Below, piece after piece: positions 41,516-54,676 of a stretch of 64,000 nt of DNA. Every line of letters begins with the position of its first letter. The first letter of the stretch is position 1. This DNA comes from an uncultured Actinomycetota bacterium (GTDB lineage: Bacteria > Actinomycetota > Actinomycetes > Mycobacteriales > Mycobacteriaceae). The DNA is taken from positions 28,273-92,272 of the forward strand of contig CAVSSC010000018.1 in assembly GCA_963730415.1 (NCBI GenBank). Direction: 5' to 3'. A program made the translations under genes and the position numbers. Below the pieces are notes generated by a model. It was not told the origin of the DNA. It did no database searches and worked only from the letters and a program-made list of their open reading frames with translations.

Positions 41516-44421
41516 GCGTTTACCGCCCGTCGGGCGTTGTCACCGCGCGGGTGGACAACTTGCGGCCACCAGAACCACCGTCCGAGCAGGGTGGCGATCG
41601 ACGGCATCAATAGCGTCCGCACGATCAGCGTGTCGAGCAGCAGACCAATACAGACCGTCGACCCGAACTGGCCCAACACTCGCAAGTCGCTGCCGAGCAT
41701 GGACGCCATGGTGAAGGCGAAAACCAGACCCGCTGCTGTCACCACTCCGCCGGTGCCCGCCATCGATCGGATGATCCCCGTCTTGAGCCCGGCGTGGATC
41801 TCTTCTTTAAATCGAGAGACCAGCAGCAGGTTGTAGTCGGATCCAACAGCCAACAAGATGATGACGGACAGCGCCATGACGATCCAGTGGATTTTGATAC
41901 CGAACAGATCCTGCCAAATCAGTACGGACAGTCCGAATGAGGCGGCGATCGAGCTGGCCGCGGTGCCGACGATCACCAGCGCGGCGACCACACTTCGGGT
42001 GAGCAGCAGCATGATCATAAAGATCAGCGTGAGGGCCGACACCACTGCGATCATCAGATCGTATTTGGCGCCGTCGTGCATGTCCTTGAAGGTTGCGGCG
42101 GTGCCGCCGAGAAAAACCTTGGCGTCAGCCAGGGAGGATTGCTTCAGGCCCTCCTGCGCGGCGGTCCGCTCCGAATCGACGCGCGAAATGCCCTCCGGGG
42201 TCATGGGATCGCCCTGATGGGTGATGAAAAACCGCGCCGACTTACCATCCGGCGACAAGAACATTCGAAGCCCCGTCTGAAAGTCCGGGTTCTGAAAGGC
42301 TTCCGGCGGCAGGTAGAAGAAGTCGTCATTCTTCGACTGGTCGAAACTTTGCCCCATCACCACGGCGGTGTTGCTCATGGCCTCCATCTGGTCGATCATC
42401 GCCTTGAACGTCTGGTAGAGCGTCAGCGTGATGCCCCTGGTGGTCTTCAGCGTCGTGATCAGCGTGGGAAACAACATCATCAACTCATGCGTGGCCGAGG
42501 CGGTGTGCTGGATGTCGGCCGTGAGCTTGTGGAACTGCTCGGCAAGCTGGTCGAAGCCGTCCAGCGAGTCAAACAGGGACCGCAACCCGAAGCACAAGGG
42601 AATATCGAAACAGTGTTTCTCCCAATAGAAGTACGTGCGTACCGGCCGGAAGGTGTCGTCGAAGTCCGCGATGTGGTTGCGCAGGGTATCGGTGATCTCC
42701 GAGGTCTCCGCTGTGGTCGCCGCGCTGTCGTCGGCGGCTTTCGAAAGATCTTTCGTCACCTCGTACTGGCGCTGCGTGGTGTCGATCTGGACCTGCAGGT
42801 CGTCGGACATCCTGAGGATGTCGGCGATGCGCTCCTTGAGAAAGCCCATGTTCTGCATGGTCGTCTGGCTTTGCATGCTGTTCTGGAACGGTATCGAGCT
42901 GTGCTGAATCGGAATGCCCAGCGGCCTGGTGATGTCCTGGATCATGGCGATACCAACCGTGCGCATCACATTTTTGGCCACCCTGTCCAACACCAGCATG
43001 TCCGCCGTATTACGCATGTCATGGTCGGCCTCGACCATCAACATGTCGGGGTTCATCCGGGCCTGAGAGAAATGCCGGTCCGCGGCCGCTTGCCCGAGAT
43101 TGGACGGGGCCGAGGTCGGCAGGTAGTAGCGGTCGTTGTAGCTCGTCTTGTAGCTCGGCAGGGCGACCATGCCGACCAGGACGATCGCGGCACTTACGGC
43201 GAGAATCGGTGCGGGCCAACGCACTACCGCGGTGCCCACCCGCCGCCATAGCCGGCCTCTCTTGGCCGCCCGCTTGGACTCGAAGAGATGGAAGCGGCTG
43301 CCCACGAAAACAACCGCGGGACCCAGTGTGAGCCCGGCCAACACCACGACCAGCATCCCGATCGCGACGGGTGCGCCCATGGTGTTGAACCAGGGCAGCC
43401 GGGCGAAGCTCAGACAGTAGGTTGCCCCGGCAATCGTCAGGCCCGACCCCAAGACAACCGGAGCTACCCCGCGAAATGTGGTGTAGTATGCGGTTTCTCG
43501 ATCTTCGCCGGCTCTAAGCGCCTCTTGATAGCGGCCGACGAGGAAGATGCCGTAGTCCGTCCCGGCTGCGATCGCCAACATGGTCAGGATGTTGGCGGCG
43601 AACGTGGTGAGCCCGAATGCATTGTGATACGCGAGAACCGCGACGACTCCCCGTGAGCATGCCAATGCGACGAAGGTCATGAACAGCTGGACCAGCGTGG
43701 TGACGAGAGACCGGTAGACGAGAAACAACATTATTGCGATGGCAGCCAAGGTGAACAGCGTGATCTTGGCCAGGCTGGCGTTTCCGATGATGTGCATGTC
43801 GTCGCTGAGCGCCGCGGGACCGGTGACGTAGGCCTTCACCCCGGGTGGTGGTTGGTTCCGGGCGATCACCTTGCGCACGGCGTCGACCGACTCGTTCGCC
43901 TGCGTGGTGCCCTGGTTGCCGGCGAGGTTCAACATGACGTAGGCGCCCTTGGCGTCGGCGCTCTGCGCCCCCGCAGCGGTTAGCCGGTCTCCCCAGAAGT
44001 CCTGGATGTGTTGGATGTGCTTGGGATCCGCGCGCAGTTGGCGGACCAGGTTGTCGTAGTAGTGGTGCGCGTCGTCGCCAAGGGGTTGCTGACCTTCCAG
44101 CACGATCATCACGGTGCTGTTGGAGTCGAATTCGTGGAAGTTGTGACCCAGCAGCATCATCGCCTTCATGGACGGCGCGTCCAGTGGCGTCATCGGCGCC
44201 GAGTGCAGTTCGCCGACGACTTCCAATCGCGGGACGATGACGTTCACCAGGACCGTCACAAATACCCAGGCCAGGATGATCGGCACCGCGAAGATGCGGA
44301 TTGCGTGGGGGAGGTAGGGCCGGTGGCCGCGCTCGGTCTTTGCGGGGCTTTGGGTCCTGATCGGCCCGGTGTCCTCAGTGTCTTCAGTGCCCATGTGGCC
44401 CCTGCTGTTCAAGTCACTCAT
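41512..44421 (-). CDS. mmpL: MmpL-family RND transporter (MmpL4/MmpL5-like)
   Basis: 969 aa and about 12 TM helices, with a large periplasmic domain containing a long helical insert. ATGA overlap with the upstream mmpS. Confidence 0.93.
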   Translation of the reverse strand: MSDLNSRGHMGTEDTEDTGPIRTQSPAKTERGHRPYLPHAIRIFAVPIILAWVFVTVLVNVIVPRLEVVGELHSAPMTPLDAPSMKAMMLLGHNFHEFDSNSTVMIVLEGQQPLGDDAHHYYDNLVRQLRADPKHIQHIQDFWGDRLTAAGAQSADAKGAYVMLNLAGNQGTTQANESVDAVRKVIARNQPPPGVKAYVTGPAALSDDMHIIGNASLAKITLFTLAAIAIMLFLVYRSLVTTLVQLFMTFVALACSRGVVAVLAYHNAFGLTTFAANILTMLAIAAGTDYGIFLVGRYQEALRAGEDRETAYYTTFRGVAPVVLGSGLTIAGATYCLSFARLPWFNTMGAPVAIGMLVVVLAGLTLGPAVVFVGSRFHLFESKRAAKRGRLWRRVGTAVVRWPAPILAVSAAIVLVGMVALPSYKTSYNDRYYLPTSAPSNLGQAAADRHFSQARMNPDMLMVEADHDMRNTADMLVLDRVAKNVMRTVGIAMIQDITRPLGIPIQHSSIPFQNSMQSQTTMQNMGFLKERIADILRMSDDLQVQIDTTQRQYEVTKDLSKAADDSAATTAETSEITDTLRNHIADFDDTFRPVRTYFYWEKHCFDIPLCFGLRSLFDSLDGFDQLAEQFHKLTADIQHTASATHELMMLFPTLITTLKTTRGITLTLYQTFKAMIDQMEAMSNTAVVMGQSFDQSKNDDFFYLPPEAFQNPDFQTGLRMFLSPDGKSARFFITHQGDPMTPEGISRVDSERTAAQEGLKQSSLADAKVFLGGTAATFKDMHDGAKYDLMIAVVSALTLIFMIMLLLTRSVVAALVIVGTAASSIAASFGLSVLIWQDLFGIKIHWIVMALSVIILLAVGSDYNLLLVSRFKEEIHAGLKTGIIRSMAGTGGVVTAAGLVFAFTMASMLGSDLRVLGQFGSTVCIGLLLDTLIVRTLLMPSIATLLGRWFWWPQVVHPRGDNARRAVNA

Positions 44422-44885
44422 GCGGACTTCACCAGGCAGAAGGTTTGGGCGTTGTGGCCGTCGGAGTTTTGCTGTTCGCGGACGACGCCGTCCACGGTGA
44501 TACGGCAGCCGATGTGATTGCCGTCGGTTTGCGCCATGATGTTGGCGCTAACCGCCGGCAGTGTCGTCGAGATCGTGAACGACCACGGCAGCGGGGCCGC
44601 ATTGACCTGGTGCGTGTTGGCGTTCTCGTCCCAGTAGTTGATGTTCGCGGTCGCCCCGGGCGGGCCAGAGACCTCATATTTGACGACCTTCGGGTTGAAC
44701 TGCACGATCTCGATCCCGGCGCCGGCGCCGGCATTGAGGTCCTGAGAGCCGAAGATTTTATGCAGCCGCGACACGACCAATGCCGAAACAGCCAGGACAA
44801 CCACCAGAAGCAGCGGTATCCACGCTCGTTTGACCGCGCGGGTTATGGCACCGGTCCTTGAACCTGAGTTTGGACTAGCCATCAC
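44418..44885 (-). CDS. mmpS: MmpS-family membrane protein
   Basis: 155 aa with a single N-terminal TM helix (WIPLLLVVVLAVSALVV) and a C-terminal beta-rich domain ending CRITVDGVV... Confidence 0.9.
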   Translation of the reverse strand: MMASPNSGSRTGAITRAVKRAWIPLLLVVVLAVSALVVSRLHKIFGSQDLNAGAGAGIEIVQFNPKVVKYEVSGPPGATANINYWDENANTHQVNAAPLPWSFTISTTLPAVSANIMAQTDGNHIGCRITVDGVVREQQNSDGHNAQTFCLVKSA

Positions 44886-45053
44886 CTGACCGCCTTCCGC
44901 TCACCGCTGCGGGCCCCTGCCGTCCTGCCGCAAAGCTCACCAACGTCGCCGACGACACCAATGTCGACGAAACATTTGCTCAGCTAAGCATGCTAAACCT
45001 TAGTGCACGCAAGCGTTCCTCCGGGGCCCTTCGGTGTGGCGAACGGCATAGGT

Positions 45054-46112
45054 TTAGCGCACCACGCGACCGGTGACCGGCGGCAAATCGGCCAACGTCG
45101 CGATCCCGGGTTTGGCTGCCACCACCGCCGGGACTGCATTGGTAACCGGCATAGCGGTGTAGATCATTCCCAGTCCCATGAACCCGGGCTCGGTCCAATC
45201 CCTCGGCGGCAGGCAGTGCAGGACGGTGCGCATGTTGGGCAACCCGAACACCTGGATGACATGACCGTGCTCAAGCGGCTTAGGCGGGACGACGTGACTG
45301 CCCATGGTCCAGTTGAATCCGACGCTGACCACGTTGCGATCGCCTTGCCAGCCGCGGTGGTAGCCGTAGACGCCGCCGACCGTTCCCGCGGGGATCTTCA
45401 TGAAGCCCAAATCGGAGTCGGCGGTGGCCGCGGTAAAAGTGACGTCGAAGGTCATCTTGTCCAGCTTCGCCCCGATCGCGTCGGCCATCATCGCGGCCGA
45501 TTCGGCGAAGACCTCGCTTTCTCGCCGCACACTCTCCGCCAGCCCCGGGGTGTCTGGATCCTGTGAGAAACCCATCGCTGTTTGAGTTTCCGCCGATTCG
45601 TAGGTCGAGCAGTCCACCGACTCGGTGATTCGGATCTCGTCGACGCGCTCGCAGGCCGCGCTGAGCACCATGCCGACCATATTCGTCATCCCGGGATGCG
45701 CCCCGCTGCCGAAAATCGTCGAACCGCCCCGTTTACAGGCGTCCAGGATGCGTTCGCGGTCCTCATGCGTCTGCTTGCCGCCGGTGATCCAGGCCGCGCT
45801 GGAGCACACGTTGATGCCCGACTCCAGCAACCGCACCAATTCGTCGACGCTGGGCCACAACGGGTTATAGCAACACGCGTCGGCGCCCAGGGCGAGCAGC
45901 GTGTCGATGTCATTCGTCGCTTGCACCCCGGTCGGATCCGGCCAGCCTGCCAGTTCGGCGGCATCGACACCGACTTTGTCCGGCCCGTGCGCGTACACCC
46001 CGACCAACTCCATGTCGGGTCTGCCGATGATGGCGTGCAGCGAACGCTTCCCGATGTTCCCGGTCGTCCACTGGATCACCCGTAGCGGACGGTCTGTGCT
46101 TGTCGTGCTCAT
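45054..46112 (-). CDS. NAD(P)-binding oxidoreductase, DapB-N-like (amine dehydrogenase / dihydrodipicolinate reductase-like family)
   Basis: ATG 46112 is preceded by aggagc. N-terminal LRVIQWTTGNIGKRSL Rossmann motif. Confidence 0.65.
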   Translation of the reverse strand: MSTTSTDRPLRVIQWTTGNIGKRSLHAIIGRPDMELVGVYAHGPDKVGVDAAELAGWPDPTGVQATNDIDTLLALGADACCYNPLWPSVDELVRLLESGINVCSSAAWITGGKQTHEDRERILDACKRGGSTIFGSGAHPGMTNMVGMVLSAACERVDEIRITESVDCSTYESAETQTAMGFSQDPDTPGLAESVRRESEVFAESAAMMADAIGAKLDKMTFDVTFTAATADSDLGFMKIPAGTVGGVYGYHRGWQGDRNVVSVGFNWTMGSHVVPPKPLEHGHVIQVFGLPNMRTVLHCLPPRDWTEPGFMGLGMIYTAMPVTNAVPAVVAAKPGIATLADLPPVTGRVVR

Positions 46113-46145
46113 CGGGGCTCCTTTGACGGCGGGCGAGCGGATCAA

Positions 46146-46579
46146 TCAGTTGCTGACATCGAATCCGGCATTGACCTTGGTGGGGCGCACGCGCACCACC
46201 AGTTCGCCGGGAACGGAGTTGCGTCTGCCGAACTCGTCGGCGCGGTCGGCGCCCATGTACCGCGCACCGGTCCGGGTGGCGATGTCCAGTAAGTCCTGTG
46301 GATCCTCGCTCGCCGTGGCCACGCCCTGCACCTGCACGAAAGAGTAGGGCGGGTGAGGGTCCCCAGACCACCGCAGTCGCAGATCACAACTCGCGGATCA
46401 CGGGACAGTGCATGGCCTTTCGACGTATCACGGCCGGTGTTGAACACCAGTTGGCCGTCGTCGACGATGAACCACACCGGCGCGACCAGTGGTCGGCCGT
46501 CAGCGGCGACGTAACCGAGCATGCCGGTGCGGGTGCCCGCCGACAGGAACTCGACAACCTTTTCTGAGAGCTCCGCCAT
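46146..46579 (-). pseudogene. PPOX-class (F420/FMN-dependent, pyridoxamine 5'-phosphate oxidase fold) protein, frameshifted
   Basis: The N-terminal half (GMLGYVAADGRPLVAPVWFIVDDGQLVFNTG...DPRVVIC) is in one frame. The C-terminal half (PPYSFVQVQGVATASEDPQDLLDIA...VVRVRPTKV) is in another. The switch lies within about 46354-46378. Confidence 0.65.
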
Positions 46580-46606
46580 GTACGTCGCCTTTTCTGAAGC
46601 GTTGTT

Positions 46607-47713
46607 CTAGAGCCGCGCCAAGTCGTACTCGGCGATGTGCTCAATCAGGACCTGGAGGTGGTCCTGCGAGGACCCCAGGGTGTGCTCGATCGCGGTGAGC
46701 CGGGCCGCATAGTGGGCAACCGGATATTCCGCGGTCATGCCGATACCGCCATGCAGCTGGATCGACTCCTGCGCGATGTGCCGGCCCGACCGGCCGACCT
46801 GCAGCTTGGCCCGCGATGCGATCAGCGGGTCGAGGTTGCCGTCGGCGATCGACATCGCGGCGTAGAGGCTCATGCTGCGCGCTAATTCGAGCGACACGTA
46901 CATGTCGGCGGCCCGCTGGGTAAGCGCCTGAAATTTGTTGAGCGTGACACCGAATTGCTTGCGGGTCTTGAGGTAATCGGTGGTCAGCCGAAGCGCTTCG
47001 TCCATTGCACCGACTGCTTCGGAGCATAACGCGGACTGGATGCGGACGATGGCGTCGCGGATGGCAGGTGATGCGTCGACCGCGTCGCCAAGAGGTTCGG
47101 CGGCTGTGCGGTCGAGGTCGATCTGCGCGCCGCGCTGTCCATCGAATGTCGGGTACGGGTGCCTGGTCACAGCATCACCATCGACCAGGAACAACCCGGT
47201 GCCGCCGCCGGGCAACGCGGCGCTGATCACCAGCGTGTCAGCGCAGTCCCCGGCAAGCACCGGGTTCTTCCGCCCGCTCAGTGCCCACGAATTGCCTTGC
47301 TGCACAGCCTTGGTGCTCACATCGGGGGATGGCTTGCGGTGGTCGGGTTCAAGGTGGGCGAACGCCAGTAGCCGTTGTCCCGCGGCGACCTCGTCGAGTA
47401 GCCGCTTCTGCTCCTCACTGCCTTGCGCGGCGATCAGCGCGCCGGGAGCCAGTGCGGCATGCACGACGGGTTCGGGCGCCAGCCGGCGCCCGATTTCGGT
47501 GAGCACCACCATGATCTCGATCTGCCCTGACTCGTCCGGGTCGAAGCCGAGGCCGAGAATCCCGGTGTCGGCGAGCTGACTCCAGACATCGCGGCTCCAG
47601 CCAAGGTCGGTGTCGATGATCTTATTGCGGCTTTCCGGGTCATAGGTGCGCGACAGTAGCTCGCGGGTGGTGTCGCGGAGCAGAACCTGCTCGTCGCTCA
47701 GCTGAAAGTCCAT
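46607..47713 (-). CDS. acyl-CoA dehydrogenase family protein
   Basis: 368 aa from ATG 47713 (MDFQLSDEQVLLRDTTRELL...). C-terminal QLHGGIGMTAEYPVAHY block. Confidence 0.88.
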   Translation of the reverse strand: MDFQLSDEQVLLRDTTRELLSRTYDPESRNKIIDTDLGWSRDVWSQLADTGILGLGFDPDESGQIEIMVVLTEIGRRLAPEPVVHAALAPGALIAAQGSEEQKRLLDEVAAGQRLLAFAHLEPDHRKPSPDVSTKAVQQGNSWALSGRKNPVLAGDCADTLVISAALPGGGTGLFLVDGDAVTRHPYPTFDGQRGAQIDLDRTAAEPLGDAVDASPAIRDAIVRIQSALCSEAVGAMDEALRLTTDYLKTRKQFGVTLNKFQALTQRAADMYVSLELARSMSLYAAMSIADGNLDPLIASRAKLQVGRSGRHIAQESIQLHGGIGMTAEYPVAHYAARLTAIEHTLGSSQDHLQVLIEHIAEYDLARL

Positions 47714-47720
47714 GGCTGCC

Positions 47721-48878
<1,158 letters not shown>

Positions 48879-49073
48879 GGCGGCCTCCTGTCGTCTGGGG
48901 GTGAACGTCGCTACCAGCTTCGGATGGGCGTCCGGTCCTGGTCGTGCGTTCCGCATTCCATCTTGACCCATCCCGCACGGCCCTTGTGCACAGCCTCGGG
49001 TTAATCCACAGCCGGGCGTCGCGACGCCGTTGGGCGGGGCCATTGTGACGGTCGGCGCACCTACGGTCGGCCC

Positions 49074-49937
49074 ATGCGAACAGAACTTCCCGCTGAGCGA
49101 CTGCATCGACGACTTTGTGCTGAACCGGATACCGATGCGCACACCGAGTCCGAGGGCGCGGGGTCGACGTCGAACGAGGACGCGCCAGATGAGGACCAGA
49201 ATTCGCTGCTGCCGCGGTGGCTTCCCGACGCGTCCCAGGGCCGGGGCTGGGTGGCCAGGGTGCGCGCCGACCCGGGACGCGCTGGTGCCATCGGGATAGC
49301 GATTGCGGCTGCCCTGGCCGTACTGGTCACGGTGTTCACGTTGGTGCGCGACCGGCCGGCTCCGGTGATGTCGGCCAAACTGCCACCGGTGGAGAAGGCG
49401 TCGACGTCGAGCCCCAGGTCGTCAACAAGTCCGGGTGCCGGCCAGCCGGCCAGTCCCGACCGACCGGTGGTGGTCAGCGTGGTTGGCCTGGTGCGCACCC
49501 CCGGGTTGGTCACCCTGGCGCCTGGCGCGCGCATCGCCGATGCGCTGCAGGCCGCCGGTGGCGCGGTGAACGGCGCGGACACCATCGGGCTGAACATGGC
49601 CCGCCCGCTCGGCGACGGTGAGCAGATCGTCGTCGGGCTCGCTCCTGTCTCAGGGCAGCCGACGGCGCTGGGTAGCTCGGTGGCTTCCGGCTCCACACCG
49701 ACAGTGAAGGTACCGACACCGGGATCGGTGAAGCCGAAGGCGGGTGGGGTGCTCGACCTCAACACCGCGACCGTGCAGGAACTGGATGCTCTGCCCGGGG
49801 TCGGACCGGTCACCGCCGCTGCGATCGTGGCGTGGCGGCAGGCCAACGGCAAATTCACCAGCGTCGACCAGCTCGCCGATGTCGACGGCATCGGCCCGGC
49901 GCGGCTGGACAAGCTGCGCGCCCTGGTCCGCGTCTGA
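49074..49937 (+). CDS. comEA: ComEA-family DNA-binding membrane protein
   Basis: One TM helix, an SLBB-like region, and a C-terminal tandem helix-hairpin-helix (LDLNTATVQELDALPGVGPVTAAAIVAWR...VDGIGPARLDKL). Confidence 0.88.
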   Translation: MRTELPAERLHRRLCAEPDTDAHTESEGAGSTSNEDAPDEDQNSLLPRWLPDASQGRGWVARVRADPGRAGAIGIAIAAALAVLVTVFTLVRDRPAPVMSAKLPPVEKASTSSPRSSTSPGAGQPASPDRPVVVSVVGLVRTPGLVTLAPGARIADALQAAGGAVNGADTIGLNMARPLGDGEQIVVGLAPVSGQPTALGSSVASGSTPTVKVPTPGSVKPKAGGVLDLNTATVQELDALPGVGPVTAAAIVAWRQANGKFTSVDQLADVDGIGPARLDKLRALVRV

Positions 49938-49942
49938 TACTG

Positions 49943-51535
49943 GTGCGCCATCCCGGCTTCGGCGAATCGCCCTCGGCGCACATTGATGTGCGCCTGGCGC
50001 CGGCCGCGCTCACTTGCTGGGTGGTGACCGCTGCCGGGATCTGGTGGCCGGTCGGCCGGACAGTGGCTTTGTGCTGTGTCGTACTAGTCGCCGCCTCCGG
50101 TGCGCTGACGTGGCGCGCGGCGCGCCGTCCTGGCGGAAGTGGGCGGCTGCGTGCGATCAGCGCCGGCCTGGTCGTGATCGGTGTTGTAGGCGCGGGGTTT
50201 GGGCTCGCAATTGCGCTGCGCGCCGACGCGGTAGGTCGCCACCCCATCACCGCGGCGTTCGGAACTGCCGCTCCGGTGACGGTCACCCCCACCGAGAGCG
50301 CGGTGTCCTTGGGCAGCGGCCGGCTGATGTTTCGCGGCACCCTGCAGCGCCTGCGCGCCGCGGAGATGTCTGGCCGGGTAGTCGTTTTCGCGCGCACCTC
50401 GGACTTCGGCCCCGAAACCGGCGGAGTGATGGTGGGCCAGCCGGTGGGATTCACGGCGCGCATCAGCCGTCCGACCCGTCGCGACCTGACGGTCGCGGTG
50501 CTCAATGCGTCGGGCCGGCCAACCATGGGCACCGCAGGCGCGGTACAGCGGGCCGCTCACATTGTGCGCAGTCGATTCTCCGCCGCCGTCCGCGACGCAT
50601 TGCCTGGCGAGCAGGCAGCGATGTTGCCCGCCCTGGTGCTCGGTGACACCTCGGCGGTTACCGCCGAAACCAGCCGCGACTTTCGCGCGGCGGGCATGAC
50701 GCACTTGATGGCGGTATCGGGCGCCAACGTCACGATCGTGTTCGCCGCCGTGCTGTTCTCGGCCCGGTTAATCGGCCCGCGGGCGGCCGTCGTGCTTGCC
50801 GCGCTGGCGCTGGTGGCGTTCGTCATCGTCGTGCAACCGACGGCAAGTGTGTTGCGGGCGGCCGTGATGGGTGCCATCGCGTTGGCGGGGATGCTGTCTT
50901 CGCGTCGGCGGCAGGCCATTCCGGCTCTCTGCGCTACCGTGCTGGTGTTGCTGGCAGTTGCTCCACAGTTAGCCGTTGACGTGGGCTTCGCGCTGTCCGT
51001 GCTCGCGACGGCCGCGCTGGTCGTCATCGCGCCGGTCTGGTCACGGCGCCTGGTAAGGAAAGGCTGCCCCAAGCCGCTGGCCGATGCACTCGCGGTTGCA
51101 TGGGCCGCACATGTGGTGACCGCTCCGCTGGTGGCCGGTATCTCGGGCCGAGTCAGCCTGGTGGCCGTGGGCGCCAATCTCGCGGTGGCACCCGTGATAG
51201 CACCGATCACCGTGTTGGGCAGTGCGGCGGCCGTGCTGTGCGTGCTGTGGCTGGCCGGTGCGCAGCTGTTGATCCGTTTCACCGGCCCCGAACTGTGGTG
51301 GGTCTTGCGTGTGGCTCAGTGGTCGGCCGGTGTGCCCGCGGCGACGGTGCCCGTTCCGGCCGGGGTGCCCGGTGTGCTGGTGGTCGGTGGGGCCACAGCG
51401 TTGGTACTTCTGCTGGCCATGCTGCTGCGGAGCCGGCGCTGGTTTCGCATCGCGGTCGGTCTGGGCGCGGCGATAGTTGTCATTTGCTCGCTGGCCTGGT
51501 TGTTATCGAAGCTGTTGGATCCCAGAGCGGCGTAG
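49943..51535 (+). CDS. comEC: ComEC/Rec2-family integral membrane protein
   Basis: Polytopic membrane protein with the competence-domain region MTHLMAVSGANVTIV. The start GTG 49943 is approximate. Confidence 0.85.
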   Translation: MRHPGFGESPSAHIDVRLAPAALTCWVVTAAGIWWPVGRTVALCCVVLVAASGALTWRAARRPGGSGRLRAISAGLVVIGVVGAGFGLAIALRADAVGRHPITAAFGTAAPVTVTPTESAVSLGSGRLMFRGTLQRLRAAEMSGRVVVFARTSDFGPETGGVMVGQPVGFTARISRPTRRDLTVAVLNASGRPTMGTAGAVQRAAHIVRSRFSAAVRDALPGEQAAMLPALVLGDTSAVTAETSRDFRAAGMTHLMAVSGANVTIVFAAVLFSARLIGPRAAVVLAALALVAFVIVVQPTASVLRAAVMGAIALAGMLSSRRRQAIPALCATVLVLLAVAPQLAVDVGFALSVLATAALVVIAPVWSRRLVRKGCPKPLADALAVAWAAHVVTAPLVAGISGRVSLVAVGANLAVAPVIAPITVLGSAAAVLCVLWLAGAQLLIRFTGPELWWVLRVAQWSAGVPAATVPVPAGVPGVLVVGGATALVLLLAMLLRSRRWFRIAVGLGAAIVVICSLAWLLSKLLDPRAA

Positions 51536-51561
51536 TCGGTCCGTCGTGACACCATCGTGGG

Positions 51562-52542
51562 GTGAGCGAGGTTTCGCCGTTGCACCTGGTCTTGGGAGAC
51601 GAGGAACTGCTGGTCGAGCGGGCGGTGACAGAAGTGCTGCGGGCGGTCCGCAAGCAGGGCGGCACTGACCTAGGAACGGACAATGTTGCGGTCAACCGAA
51701 TGCGGGCGGGTGACGTCGGTACTTACGAGCTCGCCGAACTGCTAAGCCCGTCACTGTTCGGCGACGAACGCATCGTTGTGCTGGACGCCGCCGGGGAAGC
51801 GGGCAAGGAAGCGGCCGCTTTGATCGCTTCGGCCGCGGCCGACGTTCCGGAGGGGACGGTGCTGGTGGTGGTGCACTCGGGCGGTGGTCGAGCCAAAGCA
51901 CTCGCCAACGAGCTGCAGTCGCTTGGCGCTGTCGTGCATCCGTGCGCGCGGATCACCAAGGTCAGCGAACGCGTCGATTTCATCCGCAAGGAATTTCGCG
52001 CCCTGCAGGTCAAAGTCGATGAGGAGACGGTGACTGCTCTGCTGGACGCGGTTGGCTCCGACGCGCGGGAGCTGGCGGCTGCCTGTTCGCAGTTAGTAGC
52101 CGACACCGGCGGGGCTGTGAATGCCGCCGCGGTGCGGCGCTATCACAGCGGCAAAGCCGAAGTGAAGGGCTTCGACATCGCAGACAAGGCGGTGGCCGGC
52201 GACGTCGAAGGAGCCGCCGAGGCGCTGCGGTGGGCGATGATGCGGGGTGAACCGCTGGTGGTGCTGGCCGACGCGCTAGCCGAAGCCGTCCACACGATCG
52301 GCCGGGTGGGGCCGCTGTCGGGCGATCCCTACCGTCTGGCGGCTCAGCTGGGGATGCCGCCCTGGCGGGTGCAGAAAGCCCAGAAGCAGGCCCGGTATTG
52401 GTCGCGCGACACGGTGGCGACCGCGATGAAAGTGGTGGCAGCGCTCAACGCCAACGTTAAAGGGGCCGTGGCGGACGCCGATTACGCGCTGGAATCCGCG
52501 GTCAGGAAGGTTGCCGAGCTGGCCGCCAACCGGCGCCACTGA
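51562..52542 (+). CDS. holA: DNA polymerase III delta subunit
   Basis: 326 aa, HolA family. Position after comEC and convergent with rpsT. Confidence 0.88.
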   Translation: MSEVSPLHLVLGDEELLVERAVTEVLRAVRKQGGTDLGTDNVAVNRMRAGDVGTYELAELLSPSLFGDERIVVLDAAGEAGKEAAALIASAAADVPEGTVLVVVHSGGGRAKALANELQSLGAVVHPCARITKVSERVDFIRKEFRALQVKVDEETVTALLDAVGSDARELAAACSQLVADTGGAVNAAAVRRYHSGKAEVKGFDIADKAVAGDVEGAAEALRWAMMRGEPLVVLADALAEAVHTIGRVGPLSGDPYRLAAQLGMPPWRVQKAQKQARYWSRDTVATAMKVVAALNANVKGAVADADYALESAVRKVAELAANRRH

Positions 52543-52567
52543 GGGGGCGGGCGCTGGCCGGTGGGCC

Positions 52568-52828
52568 TCAGAGCTTGTTGAGGGCCTGCGCCAGCGCCGA
52601 CTTCTTATTGGCCGCCTGATTCTTGTGGATCACACCCTTGCTCGCCGCTTTGTCCAGCTTGCGGTTGGTCGACGCCAGCAACTCCGCGGCCTTTTCTTTG
52701 TCGCCGGCGTGGGCGGCCTCGCGGAAGGCGCGGACAGCGGTGCGGACCGAAGACTTCACCGACTTGTTGCGCAGCCGAGCGCGCTCGTTCGTACGGTTGC
52801 GCTTCTGCTGCGACTTGATGTTGGCCAC
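52568..52828 (-). CDS. rpsT: 30S ribosomal protein S20
   Basis: 86 aa: [23 protein letters not shown]... Confidence 0.97.
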   Translation of the reverse strand: MANIKSQQKRNRTNERARLRNKSVKSSVRTAVRAFREAAHAGDKEKAAELLASTNRKLDKAASKGVIHKNQAANKKSALAQALNKL

Positions 52829-52984
52829 GCGTCAGTTCCTTCTTGATATATTCGATGTTTGCTTCGGCTGCTTCGGCGCCGGATACCACCACAGCGACTG
52901 CTCAGGTTATCAGTCGGTTACGTTTTCTCCCAAAACGGGAACCCGCGGCCTGCCACAACGTCAATTTAGGGCAGCATCTGAAAA

Positions 52985-54675
<1,691 letters not shown>

Positions 54676-54676
<1 letters not shown>

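Noticed and set aside
44886-45053. Palindromic operator upstream of mmpS (agcatgct core, ctaag/cttag arms around 44975-45010)
   Set aside because: Only 8 bp are perfect and the extended arms are weak. No cognate regulator gene is adjacent, so there is insufficient support for a regulatory-site call.
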